Positions 27,282 through 38,049 of a stretch of DNA of 64,000 bases are shown here, piece after piece. Made by a program: the position numbers and the translations under genes. The DNA comes from a bacterium (GTDB lineage Bacteria; UBA8248): assembly GCA_965213625.1 (NCBI GenBank), contig CBDBZU010000004.1, forward strand, positions 1,120,001 through 1,184,000, read 5' to 3'. Position 1 is the first letter of the stretch. The number at the start of each line of letters is the position of its first letter. The notes below the pieces were generated by a model. That model ran no database searches. It was not told where the DNA came from and saw nothing but the letters and a program-made list of their open reading frames with translations.

Positions 27282-27492
27282 CTAGAATCGCTCCTTTTCG
27301 AGGATTGAGGGATGAAGCGCACTTGAAAAGCGCGAGCGTATCACATATATCCTCCATCGCCGATTGGAATACGGGTGCTTTCAGTACTGTCATGCAAGTC
27401 CTCGAAACACTCCCCGGGGTCTTGACGCATTCGCCGCGCTGGGGCATCTTCCATCCTCTGATTTGTCCTTCGAAGCCGAGGAGATAGAAAAA

Positions 27493-28098
27493 ATGTCTTC
27501 ACTTCAAGCGCAACTTTTTGTTAAAACCGCTTCCGTCACGCTGAACCTCTTGACGAAAGACTTGCAGAAGAAGTTCGAACCCAAGAAGGGAGATCGGTTC
27601 AACGTAGAGGGCATCACCTACGAGATAGGCCCGCCGAAATTCGTGGATGCCGACAGGGCGATTCGTTTCGAGATCAGTTCGAAAATACCCGGCGAGGAAT
27701 TGCCCGAGTCCTACGATCACGCCAAGTACTTCAAGCAGATCGAGAAGCGCAACGACTCGGCGAAAAAACCCGTTTCCGCCGACATGGAGAATATCGTCCG
27801 CGAGACGCGCGATCAGGAGAGAAAAGAAAGAGATTACGTAAAGCTCACCTACCAGTACGTGGAGAATGAACTCTACGACGATCAGGATATCCTCAAGGAC
27901 ATCGAGGATATATCAAAAGGCTCGAGCGGCAAGGAAGCGCCGCCCAAGGTGCCGGGCGTAACTACCCTGGCGGGCCGCTTGATACTCGAACGTGTGCAAT
28001 CCTCCCTGTATGAGGTGGCGAAAGACAATATCGAGTCGCTCATCGACGCGAACGCGAAAGTACGCGCGGAACTGAAAAAAAGCGCAAAGAAGAAGTAG
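27493..28098 (+). CDS. Hypothetical protein
   Basis: Coding-like codon usage; ends 9 bp before nagA. Confidence 0.75.
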   Translation: MSSLQAQLFVKTASVTLNLLTKDLQKKFEPKKGDRFNVEGITYEIGPPKFVDADRAIRFEISSKIPGEELPESYDHAKYFKQIEKRNDSAKKPVSADMENIVRETRDQERKERDYVKLTYQYVENELYDDQDILKDIEDISKGSSGKEAPPKVPGVTTLAGRLILERVQSSLYEVAKDNIESLIDANAKVRAELKKSAKKK

Positions 28099-28107
28099 GC
28101 CCGCGTC

Positions 28108-29322
28108 ATGGCCCTGCGCCTCGCGGGTTTGACGGCGTATACGCCGCTCGAAAGGATAGCCGACGCCCTCCTCGTTATCGAGGAGGGCGTTTTTTCGTAT
28201 GTGGGGCCGCGAGGCGCATATCCTATGCCCCCCGGTACGCGTGTGCTCGAATTGAAGGGTGCACTGGCGTGTCCCGGCTTTGTGGATATTCAGGTGAACG
28301 GCCTGGGCGCGGATGCGCTCTTGACGGCCGACGCCGACGGCGTACGGCGAATCGCCCGGGAGTTGGCGAGGCGCGGAACGGCCGCTTTTTTGCCCACCCT
28401 CACTACGGCTTCTCAGGATGATTTGATACGCGCCGCCCGTGCGGTAAGCGAAGCGTGTGTGCTTCAACTAGAAGAAGGCGGCGCCGAAGCGCGCATCCTG
28501 GGCGTTCATCTGGAAGGCCCGTATCTGGAACCTGAGATGAGGGGGGCGCATCCGCAGGAGCACATCCGCGCACCCTCGAGAGAAGAGGTCGAGGCGATCG
28601 CGAAGGCTGCGGGAGGCTGGGGTGTGGACGGCGCGCCGGGGCTGGCCATGGTCACCCTCTCACCGGGGGCGCCCGGCGCCGCGGACTTCGCACGCTGGCT
28701 TGCGGCGCATGGCGTCGTTCCCGCCATGGGGCATACGCAGGCGTCGGCCGCCTGTGTGGAGGCGTTTATGGAGGCTGGCGGGGCGTTCGCGGTCCATGCG
28801 TTCAATCGCTACGGGTATCCGGAGACTTCCGCGCACAGGGGCGCCTCACCCATGGATTTCGTCCGAACCGACGCGAGGCTCTCCGCCGGCCTGATAGCGG
28901 ATGGAGTACACGTGGCGCAGCTATCGCTCGCATCTTTCGTACGCGCCAGGGGCTGGGAGCGGACGGTCCTCACTTCGGACCTGGTGGCTGATGGTGGATT
29001 GAGGCCCCGAACCGGCGAAGGGGAGACCAGCGATAAAACGCCGGGCGACGCGGTGGTCCGAGGGGGTGTGCTGAGCGGCAGCCGACTCGCGCTCTCGGGG
29101 ATGCTCCCCAGGCTTAGACAATGGAGCGGTCTCGATGCCGCCCGCGCTCTGGCGACGGCAACGCGAAACCCCGCACGCGTCCTTGGCCTGGAATCCGATT
29201 GGGGCCGTCTCGACCCTGGTCTGCGCGCGGATTTTTGCGTTCTCGATCCCGATTCCCTGGAGCTTACCGCTGCGATGATTAACGGGAAATGGGCCTCTGT
29301 CGCGCCGCCGATTGCAGGCTGA
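28108..29322 (+). CDS. nagA: N-acetylglucosamine-6-phosphate deacetylase (divergent)
   Basis: PGFVDIQVNG, FLPTLTT, GVHLEGPY, IADGVHV. Confidence 0.82.
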   Translation: MALRLAGLTAYTPLERIADALLVIEEGVFSYVGPRGAYPMPPGTRVLELKGALACPGFVDIQVNGLGADALLTADADGVRRIARELARRGTAAFLPTLTTASQDDLIRAARAVSEACVLQLEEGGAEARILGVHLEGPYLEPEMRGAHPQEHIRAPSREEVEAIAKAAGGWGVDGAPGLAMVTLSPGAPGAADFARWLAAHGVVPAMGHTQASAACVEAFMEAGGAFAVHAFNRYGYPETSAHRGASPMDFVRTDARLSAGLIADGVHVAQLSLASFVRARGWERTVLTSDLVADGGLRPRTGEGETSDKTPGDAVVRGGVLSGSRLALSGMLPRLRQWSGLDAARALATATRNPARVLGLESDWGRLDPGLRADFCVLDPDSLELTAAMINGKWASVAPPIAG

Positions 29323-29391
29323 TGAAGATTCGCCCATAATTCGCTTTATTGCTATGCTGCACGGTCGAGCCAGATCCGCCCCGGGCAGTCC

Positions 29392-30981
29392 ATGATGTAT
29401 GACGTCATATTTCACCATGCCATGATATTCGACGGCTTGGGCCACCCCCCTTATGAGGGTGCGCTCGCCGTGCGCGGGGACACCATCGTGGAGGTCGGTC
29501 CCCGGGTGAGCGGCTCCGCCCGCCGCGAAGTCGACGCGCGGGGTCTAGCTTTGAGTCCCGGGTTCGTCGACATTCACGGTCATTCGGATTATTACCTCCT
29601 CATCAATCCCGAGGCGCACGCGAAGGTCCGTCAGGGAGTGACGACCGACGTCGGGGGCAACTGCGGCTACGCCGCCTCCCCGATTCGCGGGGCCGAGTTC
29701 GAAGAGCGCAGAAAATGGTATTGCGAGCAATTCGACTTGGATCTCCCGTTCCAGAGCGTAGGCGAGCACCTCCATCACGTGGACGAGGTAGGCGTTTCGA
29801 TCAACTACGCCCACCTGGTGGGACACAACACGATACGCGCGAGCGTGATGGGGGGCGAGGCGCGCCCGGCCCGCGCGGATGAACTCGCCGCAATGGAGGA
29901 GATGCTCTCGGCAGGCATGAAGCAGGGAGCATTCGGCCTGTCCACCGGATTGGTCTATGCGCCGGCCTGTTTTGCGGATAAAAACGAACTCACGGCCCTT
30001 TGTCGGGTCTCGGCGCGGAGGGGGGGGCTTCTGGCCACCCATATGCGCAGCGAGGGAGACGCTCTGCTCGAGGCGATGGATGAAGTGATGGGCGCGGCCG
30101 CGTTGGCGGGGCTGCCGCTTCAGATCAGCCACTTGAAAACGGCGGGCGAACGCAATTGGGATAAACTCGACGAGGCTTTCGCCCGCATCGAGCGCGCGCG
30201 GGCAAGGGGAGAGGACGTGACCTGCGACCGCTATCCCTATACGGCCTCGAACACCCACCTGAGCGCGCTGTTGCCCGATTGGGCGCATGACGGCGTTCTC
30301 GATGAAAAGGTGGAGCGTCTCGCGAACGCAGAATCCAGAACGAAGATAAGGGGCGAAATCATGACTGCGCACCCCGAGTCCTCTTATTTGGAGAACATTT
30401 TGATCAGCCGGGTGTTCACGGAGGCGAACCGGCCCTGCGAGGGTCTCACCCTCGCGGGTCTGGGTGAGACCCGGAATATGGCTCCTGTGGATGCGATGCT
30501 CGATTTACTGATCGATGAGAGGATGAACGTCGAGATTCTCATTTTCATGATGAGCGCGGAGAACATGCGCCGCATTCTGGGCAAACCCTACGTCATGGTG
30601 GGTTCGGACGCGGGCGCGCTCACGCACGAGCCGCCCCTGGGCGCAGGCAGGCCGCATCCGAGAAATTTCGGCACCTTCCCATTCGTCCTGGGCGCGCTGG
30701 CGCGAGACGAAGGGCTCTTCCCGATGGCCGAGGCGCTCCGGAAGATGACCTCCGCTCCCTGCGAGCGGCTGGGCATAGCGGATCGGGGGCGTCTCGCGGT
30801 CGGGATGAAAGCCGATCTCGTTTTATTCGACCCCGACGAGATACGTGACGAGTGCACCTATGAGCGTCCCATTGCATACCCCCCGGGTGTAGAGATGGTT
30901 CTCGTGAATGGTGAGGTCGTCGTGGAGAGTGGAAGCCATACCGGAGCGCGTCCCGGCAGAGCGCTTCGCAAACACTCGTGA
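29392..30981 (+). CDS. N-acyl-D-amino-acid deacylase (D-aminoacylase)
   Basis: PGFVDIHGHSD, GNCG, THMRSE, ISHLK, HPRNFGTF. Confidence 0.92.
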   Translation: MMYDVIFHHAMIFDGLGHPPYEGALAVRGDTIVEVGPRVSGSARREVDARGLALSPGFVDIHGHSDYYLLINPEAHAKVRQGVTTDVGGNCGYAASPIRGAEFEERRKWYCEQFDLDLPFQSVGEHLHHVDEVGVSINYAHLVGHNTIRASVMGGEARPARADELAAMEEMLSAGMKQGAFGLSTGLVYAPACFADKNELTALCRVSARRGGLLATHMRSEGDALLEAMDEVMGAAALAGLPLQISHLKTAGERNWDKLDEAFARIERARARGEDVTCDRYPYTASNTHLSALLPDWAHDGVLDEKVERLANAESRTKIRGEIMTAHPESSYLENILISRVFTEANRPCEGLTLAGLGETRNMAPVDAMLDLLIDERMNVEILIFMMSAENMRRILGKPYVMVGSDAGALTHEPPLGAGRPHPRNFGTFPFVLGALARDEGLFPMAEALRKMTSAPCERLGIADRGRLAVGMKADLVLFDPDEIRDECTYERPIAYPPGVEMVLVNGEVVVESGSHTGARPGRALRKHS

Positions 30982-30994
30982 CGGGAGATGGCGA

Positions 30995-33358
30995 ATGCTT
31001 GAAATGGCTACCTGGAAGCTGGTGTTCGGCGCGGTGGGTGTGCTCGCCCTTTCGGGTATCCCCGTCGTTATATGGATGCGCCGCCGCACTGTGAGGCGCG
31101 CAAAGGGTTCTGCTCATGCGTGGGGCGGAGTTTTGGAGGGCAGGTCCCGGGCCGACTCGCCTGACGGCTGGGAGGATGTATCCTCGCGCTTCATCGACGA
31201 TTTCATTCCAGACGTCGATGATGATCAACAACAAGCGGCGCAGAGCGAAAGCGTTCGCGAGGTGACCGCCGATACCCCGGGATCGCTGGATCACGTGGAA
31301 GAAGGCGTGCGGGTCATCGAGGAGGGAAGTCGCCAGGTAGTTGCCGAAGATGAGGTTTCGCCTCCAGAAGCAGTAGGCGAAGCTGCGCCTGAAAATGACG
31401 AGGAGCCCGCGCATTCAACAGATAAGGCGCCCGCCTCGGAGCCGGACGCTCCCTGGTGGGAGGGTTTGACCCCTGCCGAGGATGCGGAACATCGTAGCGT
31501 GTCGGACGAATTGACGAAGGCTTCCCTGGACGAATCGCCTGTTTCTCCGGCGCAAGTCGACCACGAAACGCGATTCGAGGGTGTGCTCACCGATGAGGAG
31601 ATTCTGGAGGCCGCCGAAGTCAGCCAGGGCGTAGACGCCCCGCTGCGCATGCGGATTCCAGCCGTTAGCAAGGTTCGCGAAGACGAGGGAACCGGTGTTG
31701 ATGCGCCTGATGATGAGGAAGAAGGCGAGGAGGAGGTTATTCACCTCACGCGTGAGAGCGAAGGCGCGGCGGATACGCCTGCAGAACCTGCGCGTGAGGC
31801 TCGAGTTGATGACGAGGTCGCGGAAGCCGCACAAGAATCGCAGCCGGAACCGCCACCCGTAGAGCACGATGACGCGCCGCCGTCTCAGCCTGAGGAGCCG
31901 GTTCTCGCGGAAGGTGAACCCGTTGAGGCTTCTCCCGATTCACAAGAACTTGAACCCGAACAGGCGCCTTCGACCACTGAGCCGGAAGAAGGTTCTGCGC
32001 CGGCGACCGTAGCCGAAGAAGATGTCATTTCTCTCATTCAGCGTGAACGCGCCGAGGATGACGACAGTTCGCAAAGCGCCGCCTTGCGCGAAGACCCCGA
32101 GGCAATAGAAGACGCCGAGGAGCTTGATTTTCCTGTGGACGATGATGCGGGACAACTAGCTCCCGGGGCAGCGTTGCCGCCTGCCGCCTCGCATGAGGCT
32201 CCGGCGAACTCGCCCTCGGAATTGATACGTGAACTGGTGGCGGATATTTGTCCGGAAGATCTGCTTCTGGCGGAAAACATACAGCAGAAACTTCCCGCCT
32301 GGACGCCGGGTGTGGTGAAAGCCGCCGGTATCGATCTTGGCCAGCGCGAGAGGGCCCGGCAAACGCCCGCGGCCGAGGAATATCTGCGCCTGGCCATTCT
32401 CGAAATATTTCTGGGGCATATCGAAGAAGCAACGGGCCATCTCAAGGAATCGCTGCGGCGCACGAGTCGACTCGCGCCCGTTCTCAACGCGCTGGCCGTA
32501 GCTTCCTACCTGCGGGAAAAAGTAGAGCCCGCGATTTCCTACTCCCGCGAAGCTTTCCGCGAAGCGGGTCGGGACGTTCCGATACAGGCGGTGGTTTCCA
32601 TGAACCTGGGGTATTTCTATCAGCATAAGGGCGATGTCGGGAAGGCGGCCGAATCCTACGAGAATGCGCTCTCCTATATCGGGCCGCAGGGGGAACTCCA
32701 TCAACTCTCCACATTGCGCCTGCGGGTCGGTCGGTTGTTCCGTCGACTAGGGGATAAGGAAAAAGCCAGGGATCATCTTTCAGAAGCAGCGCATCTGTTT
32801 CACAGGTCGGGAGATAGACGCGACGAGGCGCGGGCGCACACCGCGCTGGCCTCCGTCTTGACGGAGACGGGTGAGTACGAAGCGGCGGAGGTGAGTCTGG
32901 ATGAGGCCCTCAACCTCTGCCAGAAAATCGGGGACAAGGCGGGTGAAGCCCTGGTGTACGGCCAGATGGGGGTGAGCTTTGCCGCGCAGGAACAGTTCAC
33001 GCGAGCGCTTCGGTATTACGAGAACGCTTTGCGCCTGAATCGCGGACTCGAAAACAGAAAAGGCGAGGCGGCGAACCTGAGCGGCATGGGGAACATTCAC
33101 TACGCGCGGGGCGATTTGCCCGAAGCGCGCGAAGCGTATGAAGCCGCTCTGGAGATCAACCGCGAACATGGGAGCGTCCTTGCTCAGGGAGTGGCGCTCG
33201 GGAGCCTGGGCCGGGTGCAATTTGAGGGAAGGGAATGGGAGGCCTCGCGTGAATGCTTAACGGAAGCGCACCGCATCTTTCAGGATATCGGCGCGTCGGA
33301 AGCGCTGGAGAGCGTCATGGAGATGCTCCGAGGGCTGGACAAGCTCACCGATGCGTGA
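30995..33358 (+). CDS. Membrane-anchored protein with acidic disordered linker and C-terminal TPR array
   Basis: N-terminal TM followed by RRR; ~400 aa E/D/P/A-rich region; TPR repeats (GEAANLSGMGNIHY, NLGYFY). Confidence 0.8.
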   Translation: MLEMATWKLVFGAVGVLALSGIPVVIWMRRRTVRRAKGSAHAWGGVLEGRSRADSPDGWEDVSSRFIDDFIPDVDDDQQQAAQSESVREVTADTPGSLDHVEEGVRVIEEGSRQVVAEDEVSPPEAVGEAAPENDEEPAHSTDKAPASEPDAPWWEGLTPAEDAEHRSVSDELTKASLDESPVSPAQVDHETRFEGVLTDEEILEAAEVSQGVDAPLRMRIPAVSKVREDEGTGVDAPDDEEEGEEEVIHLTRESEGAADTPAEPAREARVDDEVAEAAQESQPEPPPVEHDDAPPSQPEEPVLAEGEPVEASPDSQELEPEQAPSTTEPEEGSAPATVAEEDVISLIQRERAEDDDSSQSAALREDPEAIEDAEELDFPVDDDAGQLAPGAALPPAASHEAPANSPSELIRELVADICPEDLLLAENIQQKLPAWTPGVVKAAGIDLGQRERARQTPAAEEYLRLAILEIFLGHIEEATGHLKESLRRTSRLAPVLNALAVASYLREKVEPAISYSREAFREAGRDVPIQAVVSMNLGYFYQHKGDVGKAAESYENALSYIGPQGELHQLSTLRLRVGRLFRRLGDKEKARDHLSEAAHLFHRSGDRRDEARAHTALASVLTETGEYEAAEVSLDEALNLCQKIGDKAGEALVYGQMGVSFAAQEQFTRALRYYENALRLNRGLENRKGEAANLSGMGNIHYARGDLPEAREAYEAALEINREHGSVLAQGVALGSLGRVQFEGREWEASRECLTEAHRIFQDIGASEALESVMEMLRGLDKLTDA

Positions 33359-33367
33359 TGACGGTAA

Positions 33368-34555
33368 TTAAGTCGATTCCTCGCCCAGCGCGTATTTCTC
33401 CAGCAGCCTGCCGTAGACGCGGGCTGCTTTCATTAGCGAATCGATATCGATGAATTCATCGGGCGTATGGGCTTGTTCGATGTTTCCGGGCCCCAAAAGA
33501 AAACAGTTTCGGCTTCCGGTCTGGGCCGCGGCCATCCCCGCGTCCGAATAATAGCTTACCCCCGAAGGCTCGGGTCTGGCTCCCAGGATTTCTTCTAAAG
33601 CCTTCATGATGAGTCTCGCCTCTGCGCTGTCGGTGTCCGCCGTCACGGGCGGGCGGTCCGCGATGGTGGCGCGCAGGGAGAATTCGACCCCGCTCACCCG
33701 GTTGCAAGCCTGGGCGGCTTTCTCGTGGATGATTTGCTGGATGTCGGCCGTCTGCAGGGGAGGGACGAAGCGCGCGTCTATCTGCAGCGCGCATTTTTCC
33801 GACACCACGTTGGTCTTGTGGCCTCCTTCGATGATGCTGGTAACCATGGTGCATCTTCCCAGCAGGGGGTCTTCGTAAGGGAGTTTCGCAACCGATTCCT
33901 GTAGCGCCACCACGGCGTGGGATGCGGCATGAATGGCGTCTGCGCCCATGTGAGGCGCCGCGGCGTGGGCGCTCTTTCCGCTGAAGATGAGTTCGAACCA
34001 CATGGCGCCTTTTTGCGCCGTAACCAGGGTGAGTTCGGTCGGCTCGCAGGAGATTACGATGTCATCCGCATTGATGTGTCCGTTTGCGATGGCCGCCTCT
34101 GTGCCGGTCATGCAGCCGCTTTCCTCATCCACCACCATGCAGCAGCGAACCGTGCCTTTGACTTTTGCACCGCCGTCGATTCGGCGCTTGAGATTCTCCA
34201 TAGCCGCGAGACTGGCGGCGATGCCGCCCTTCATGTCGCAGCTTCCGCGCCCCCAGATTTTCCCTTCTTCTTCGGCGGCGCGAAACGGCTCACGCGACCA
34301 TCCTTCACCCGCCGGCACGGTATCCATATGATTGAGAAAAACGAGTGCCGGGCCGCCGCTCGTGCCAGTGATTTCGGCGGTCACGTTATCGCGTCTCTCG
34401 GCGACGCGCTCGCGCGCCACCTCGAGACCGATGCCCCGGAAAAACGCCTCCATCCGGTCCGCCATCGCGAACTCGTCGCCCGTGGGGTTTTCGCTGCAGA
34501 TTGCGATCAATTCCTTGGTGAGTGAGACGGCTTGCGCCTCGATGGTCGCATCCAC
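33368..34555 (-). CDS. M20 metallopeptidase, ArgE/DapE-like
   Basis: HMDTVP, GRGSCDMKGG, DEE, AHTPDE; GTG start after AGGAGG. Confidence 0.9.
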   Translation of the reverse strand: MDATIEAQAVSLTKELIAICSENPTGDEFAMADRMEAFFRGIGLEVARERVAERRDNVTAEITGTSGGPALVFLNHMDTVPAGEGWSREPFRAAEEEGKIWGRGSCDMKGGIAASLAAMENLKRRIDGGAKVKGTVRCCMVVDEESGCMTGTEAAIANGHINADDIVISCEPTELTLVTAQKGAMWFELIFSGKSAHAAAPHMGADAIHAASHAVVALQESVAKLPYEDPLLGRCTMVTSIIEGGHKTNVVSEKCALQIDARFVPPLQTADIQQIIHEKAAQACNRVSGVEFSLRATIADRPPVTADTDSAEARLIMKALEEILGARPEPSGVSYYSDAGMAAAQTGSRNCFLLGPGNIEQAHTPDEFIDIDSLMKAARVYGRLLEKYALGEEST

Positions 34556-34626
34556 GTATTGCCTCCTGATGTTTGAAAGTCGCGAAAGCATGATGCCGCA
34601 TTCCGGGGGAATTGGGTATGGCCGCC

Positions 34627-35829
34627 TCAGTCGGTATCGTGGAAAAGCCTCATCAGGGAAGCGAAATTCCGCCCCGGCGTGATGTTCCCGAGGCATACGG
34701 CATCTTTTGCGCCTGTGACGCTCGGCAGGTTGTTCGCCCCTCCGGTGAGCGTGCCCCACGCCAGCAAGGCGAAACAGACGGCCTCGACGGCATCGGGAGA
34801 AACGCCTCGCGCATCGCTTACGACAAGGGGAAGGTCACCTAGGCTGCGCATGAGAGTCTTGTTGTGGACGCCGCCGCCGCCGACCACCACCTCGGCGAGC
34901 GGAGGGTCCTTTGGGAAGAAATCCCGAATCGCATCCTCGACGCACGAGGCGGAAAAGGCGGTGAGCGTGGCGATGGCATCTTTCAGATCACCTCCTCGCG
35001 AGGTCATGCGCTCGATGGTCTCATCCACGAACGCTTCGCCGAACAATTCCCTTCCCGTGCTTTTGGGTGGTTTTCTCTTGGGGTAGGGGTGTCGGCGTAA
35101 CTCGGCCAGGGTATCGGGGCATACGCGGCCCGCCGCCGCCAGGTCGCCGCCCGTGTCGTGGGTTTTCTCCCCTTTCGTGATCCGCTGGGCGAGAGCGTCT
35201 AGCGTCATGTTCGCCGGTCCGCAATCGAAGCCGAAGACACCCTCCTCTCCCAAAGGAGGGAGATAGGTGATGTTTGATATGCCGCCCAGGTTCAGGAAGG
35301 CGGAGGCGGCGTTTTCACGACTAAAGAGAATCCGGTGTGCCCAGGGAGTCAGGGGCGCGCCGGAACCACCCGCGGCGATATCTCCGGAACGAAAATCGCT
35401 GATGCATGTGATTCCCGTGCGCGCGACGATAAAAGCAGGGTCGCCTATCTGAAAAGTGGAGGGGAGCAGCGGCCCGCGCTCCCCCTCCATGCCCTCCGGC
35501 AGATGGCGCACCGTCTGGCCATGGCTTCCGATAAAATCTATTTTTTCAAGTTCGGTATTGGACTGTGACGCTACTTCGAGCGCGGCTGCGGCGAATGCCT
35601 CGCCCACCTCCCGGCGCAGGGAGCATAACTCGTCTGTGCGCGCGCCCTTCTCGCCTGCGGCGAGAAGCAGCCTCTCTCTTAGATTCCTCGGGTAGGGAGC
35701 AGCGTGAAATCCCAGGGTTTCGGCTTGGGTGTGCGCGCCCGGGAGAATCCGCACCAAGGCGGCGTCCACGCCATCGGCGGAGGTTCCCGACATGAGGCCG
35801 ATGGCCAGAAGGGGACGCGCGTTGTTCAT
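34627..35829 (-). CDS. anmK: Anhydro-N-acetylmuramic acid kinase
   Basis: GLMSGTSADG, GSHGQT, NLGGISN, DCGPAN. Confidence 0.95.
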   Translation of the reverse strand: MNNARPLLAIGLMSGTSADGVDAALVRILPGAHTQAETLGFHAAPYPRNLRERLLLAAGEKGARTDELCSLRREVGEAFAAAALEVASQSNTELEKIDFIGSHGQTVRHLPEGMEGERGPLLPSTFQIGDPAFIVARTGITCISDFRSGDIAAGGSGAPLTPWAHRILFSRENAASAFLNLGGISNITYLPPLGEEGVFGFDCGPANMTLDALAQRITKGEKTHDTGGDLAAAGRVCPDTLAELRRHPYPKRKPPKSTGRELFGEAFVDETIERMTSRGGDLKDAIATLTAFSASCVEDAIRDFFPKDPPLAEVVVGGGGVHNKTLMRSLGDLPLVVSDARGVSPDAVEAVCFALLAWGTLTGGANNLPSVTGAKDAVCLGNITPGRNFASLMRLFHDTD

Positions 35830-38048
35830 GAGGGAGGTGTTCTCCCCCGTTTCGAGCGATTCGCCTCGCCGTAGATCCTTTTATATTCGTGGTAATAGCC
35901 CAACACTCTTTTGACGTAGTTTTTCGTTTCCTGGTAGGGGATCTCCTCGATGAAAATTTCTATCGGCTTGTAGCGTCCGGCCTTCCACCATCGCTTGACG
36001 GGTAAGCGGCCCGCGTTGTAGCTCGCTATCGCAGGAACGAGCGCGCCGCCAAACTCGCGGATGAGCGCGCCCAGATGCCTCGCGCCCAGACGAGTGTTGA
36101 TCTTCGGGTCGAAGAGGTCTCTCACGGACTTGATGCGGATTTTGTGTTTTCTCGCGAGCCTGCGCCCGGTCGCGGGCATAAGCTGCATCAGCCCCCGGGC
36201 GCCGGCGGGAGAGAGGGCGCGAGGGTCGAACGCGCTTTCCGCCCGGATGACGGCATTCACCAGGTATGGATTCGCCCCTCCGGGTTCTTTCCGCTTGACG
36301 ACGAGCGGATAGACGGTTTCCCAGAATTCCCTCGGCAGGTCGCTTCCGCCCGCGCGCACCGCATCCCAGAAGGATTTGTTGATCAGGTAAATCGCGCGAT
36401 GGCTCTGGCCTGCCGCAGTGAAGGCGCGCGCCGCATGGTAGCGCGAATAAGGAGAAGCGCCGAGGCGGCGGTACTCAATGGCGGCGAGTTCATGAAAACC
36501 CATGGAAGAGAGCAGCCTTGCCATCTCACGAACCGAAGCGCTTTTCGGCGGGGGCCGCAGCCACTTACGGAAGCCCGCTTCTCCCGAAGGTGGCGGCTTG
36601 TGCGCGTCCGGAACTCCCTCACGCGCGAGGCGAGCTATTGCGCGCAAGGCCAGTTGCCCATAATAGCGGTGGCGATGTTGCCGTGCGCAGGCGCGGTAAT
36701 GGGTGAGGGCGCTCTTTTTGTCACCCGTTTTTTCCGCCGAGACACCGGCCCAGTAAGTGGCGGAGGAGATCAGCCAGTGTTCTGGATGGGCGGTCCTCAT
36801 CCTCGAGAATCCCTTCTGCGCCCGGCTGTAGTCTTTCAACTGGAAGCGGAGCCAGGCGAGTTGGAACAGGGCCTTGGGCGCCAGAGGGGAGCGCGGGTGA
36901 TTGGAAATTACCTCTTTGTAATAGCGTGAGGACCTTTTGAAATCGCCGTCGTCCTCGTATACGCGTGCCAGGAGGTAGCGTGACTTAGCCGCCCATTTGC
37001 CTTTTCGCGTTTCTTTGAGCAGTCGTCGCGCCTGCTTCTCGAAGGCAGGCTGAATTCTTTTACGCAGGTGGTTTCTGGCAAGGAAATAACGCGCCTCCGC
37101 GCGTTGGGTGCTGCCGGCGGCGTAATGTCTGATAGCGTGTCTGAGGGCCGGGTCCGCCTGTTTCGTTTGGCGCAGGGAGAAGAGCGCGAGCGCTTCGTTG
37201 AGGACGATGCCCCTGTGATAGGGAGCCTTGGGAAACAGGCGCTTCAACTCCCGCAATCCTCTCAATGCCTTTTCGAAGCGATAGCGTTTTCTGAGGAGCC
37301 GGGCGCGTTCATAGTGGGCCTTGGGTCCCGGCTTCTTGAGCGGTGGGGAGAGGGCGGCCCCGATTCTAAGCGATTGCCTCAACGCACTTCGCGCGCTTGG
37401 GTGCTCTGGATGCCGTCGCCATAACTTCCGATATGCGAGCGCGGCTTGCCGGTTTCGCCGCGCGGAGCGGAGCGCCTTGGCGCGCCTGAGCAGAAAGTTG
37501 GGCGCCTCGTAGCTCTTCGGGAACAGGAGCAGGTAGCGCATGGCGAACTTCGCTGCGCTCAGGGGTCGCTTCTCTTCACCGTGGATGCGTATCAACTCCT
37601 CATAGACGAAAGGAGGCTCGGGTACTTTCTTTCCTTTCTTGACCAGTTTCTCGAGCGCGCGCCGGGCGATGGCGTTATCTTTCGCACCGATGGCGGCTTT
37701 GGCCAGAAACAAAAGCGAGTAATTCTCGAGCGCGGGAACCTGTTTGAGCGATTTCTGGAACGCCTTGATCGCCGGGCGAAACTGCTCGAGTTTCAAGTGG
37801 GCGTGTCCCAGCAGAAAAGCACGCCTGCCTCCCAAATCCGTTTTTTCCCAGCGAAGATTGCGTATGAGTTCCTTGTATCGTTCCTGCGCCAGGAGATTAT
37901 TTATCCGGGCGGACAGAGGTGGGTGTGCAGCTTTGTTTTTGAGCGGTGGTTTTGTATCGCGCACGGAGCGCTCTTTCGTCGCAGAGGAAGCGTTCGTCGG
38001 GAGCAGAAACATCCCGAGGAAGGCGATTATGCAGAGGCGATACTTCAC
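35826..38048 (-). CDS. slt: Soluble lytic transglycosylase with TPR N-terminus
   Basis: IRAESAF, GLMQLMP, SYNAG, IPYQETKNYVKRV. Confidence 0.9.
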   Translation of the reverse strand: MKYRLCIIAFLGMFLLPTNASSATKERSVRDTKPPLKNKAAHPPLSARINNLLAQERYKELIRNLRWEKTDLGGRRAFLLGHAHLKLEQFRPAIKAFQKSLKQVPALENYSLLFLAKAAIGAKDNAIARRALEKLVKKGKKVPEPPFVYEELIRIHGEEKRPLSAAKFAMRYLLLFPKSYEAPNFLLRRAKALRSARRNRQAALAYRKLWRRHPEHPSARSALRQSLRIGAALSPPLKKPGPKAHYERARLLRKRYRFEKALRGLRELKRLFPKAPYHRGIVLNEALALFSLRQTKQADPALRHAIRHYAAGSTQRAEARYFLARNHLRKRIQPAFEKQARRLLKETRKGKWAAKSRYLLARVYEDDGDFKRSSRYYKEVISNHPRSPLAPKALFQLAWLRFQLKDYSRAQKGFSRMRTAHPEHWLISSATYWAGVSAEKTGDKKSALTHYRACARQHRHRYYGQLALRAIARLAREGVPDAHKPPPSGEAGFRKWLRPPPKSASVREMARLLSSMGFHELAAIEYRRLGASPYSRYHAARAFTAAGQSHRAIYLINKSFWDAVRAGGSDLPREFWETVYPLVVKRKEPGGANPYLVNAVIRAESAFDPRALSPAGARGLMQLMPATGRRLARKHKIRIKSVRDLFDPKINTRLGARHLGALIREFGGALVPAIASYNAGRLPVKRWWKAGRYKPIEIFIEEIPYQETKNYVKRVLGYYHEYKRIYGEANRSKRGRTPPS

Positions 38049-38049
38049 G

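Noticed and set aside
27282-27360. Amber readthrough supplying DctP with a signal peptide
   Set aside because: The upstream in-frame translation is not signal-like, and a good RBS precedes ATG 27281
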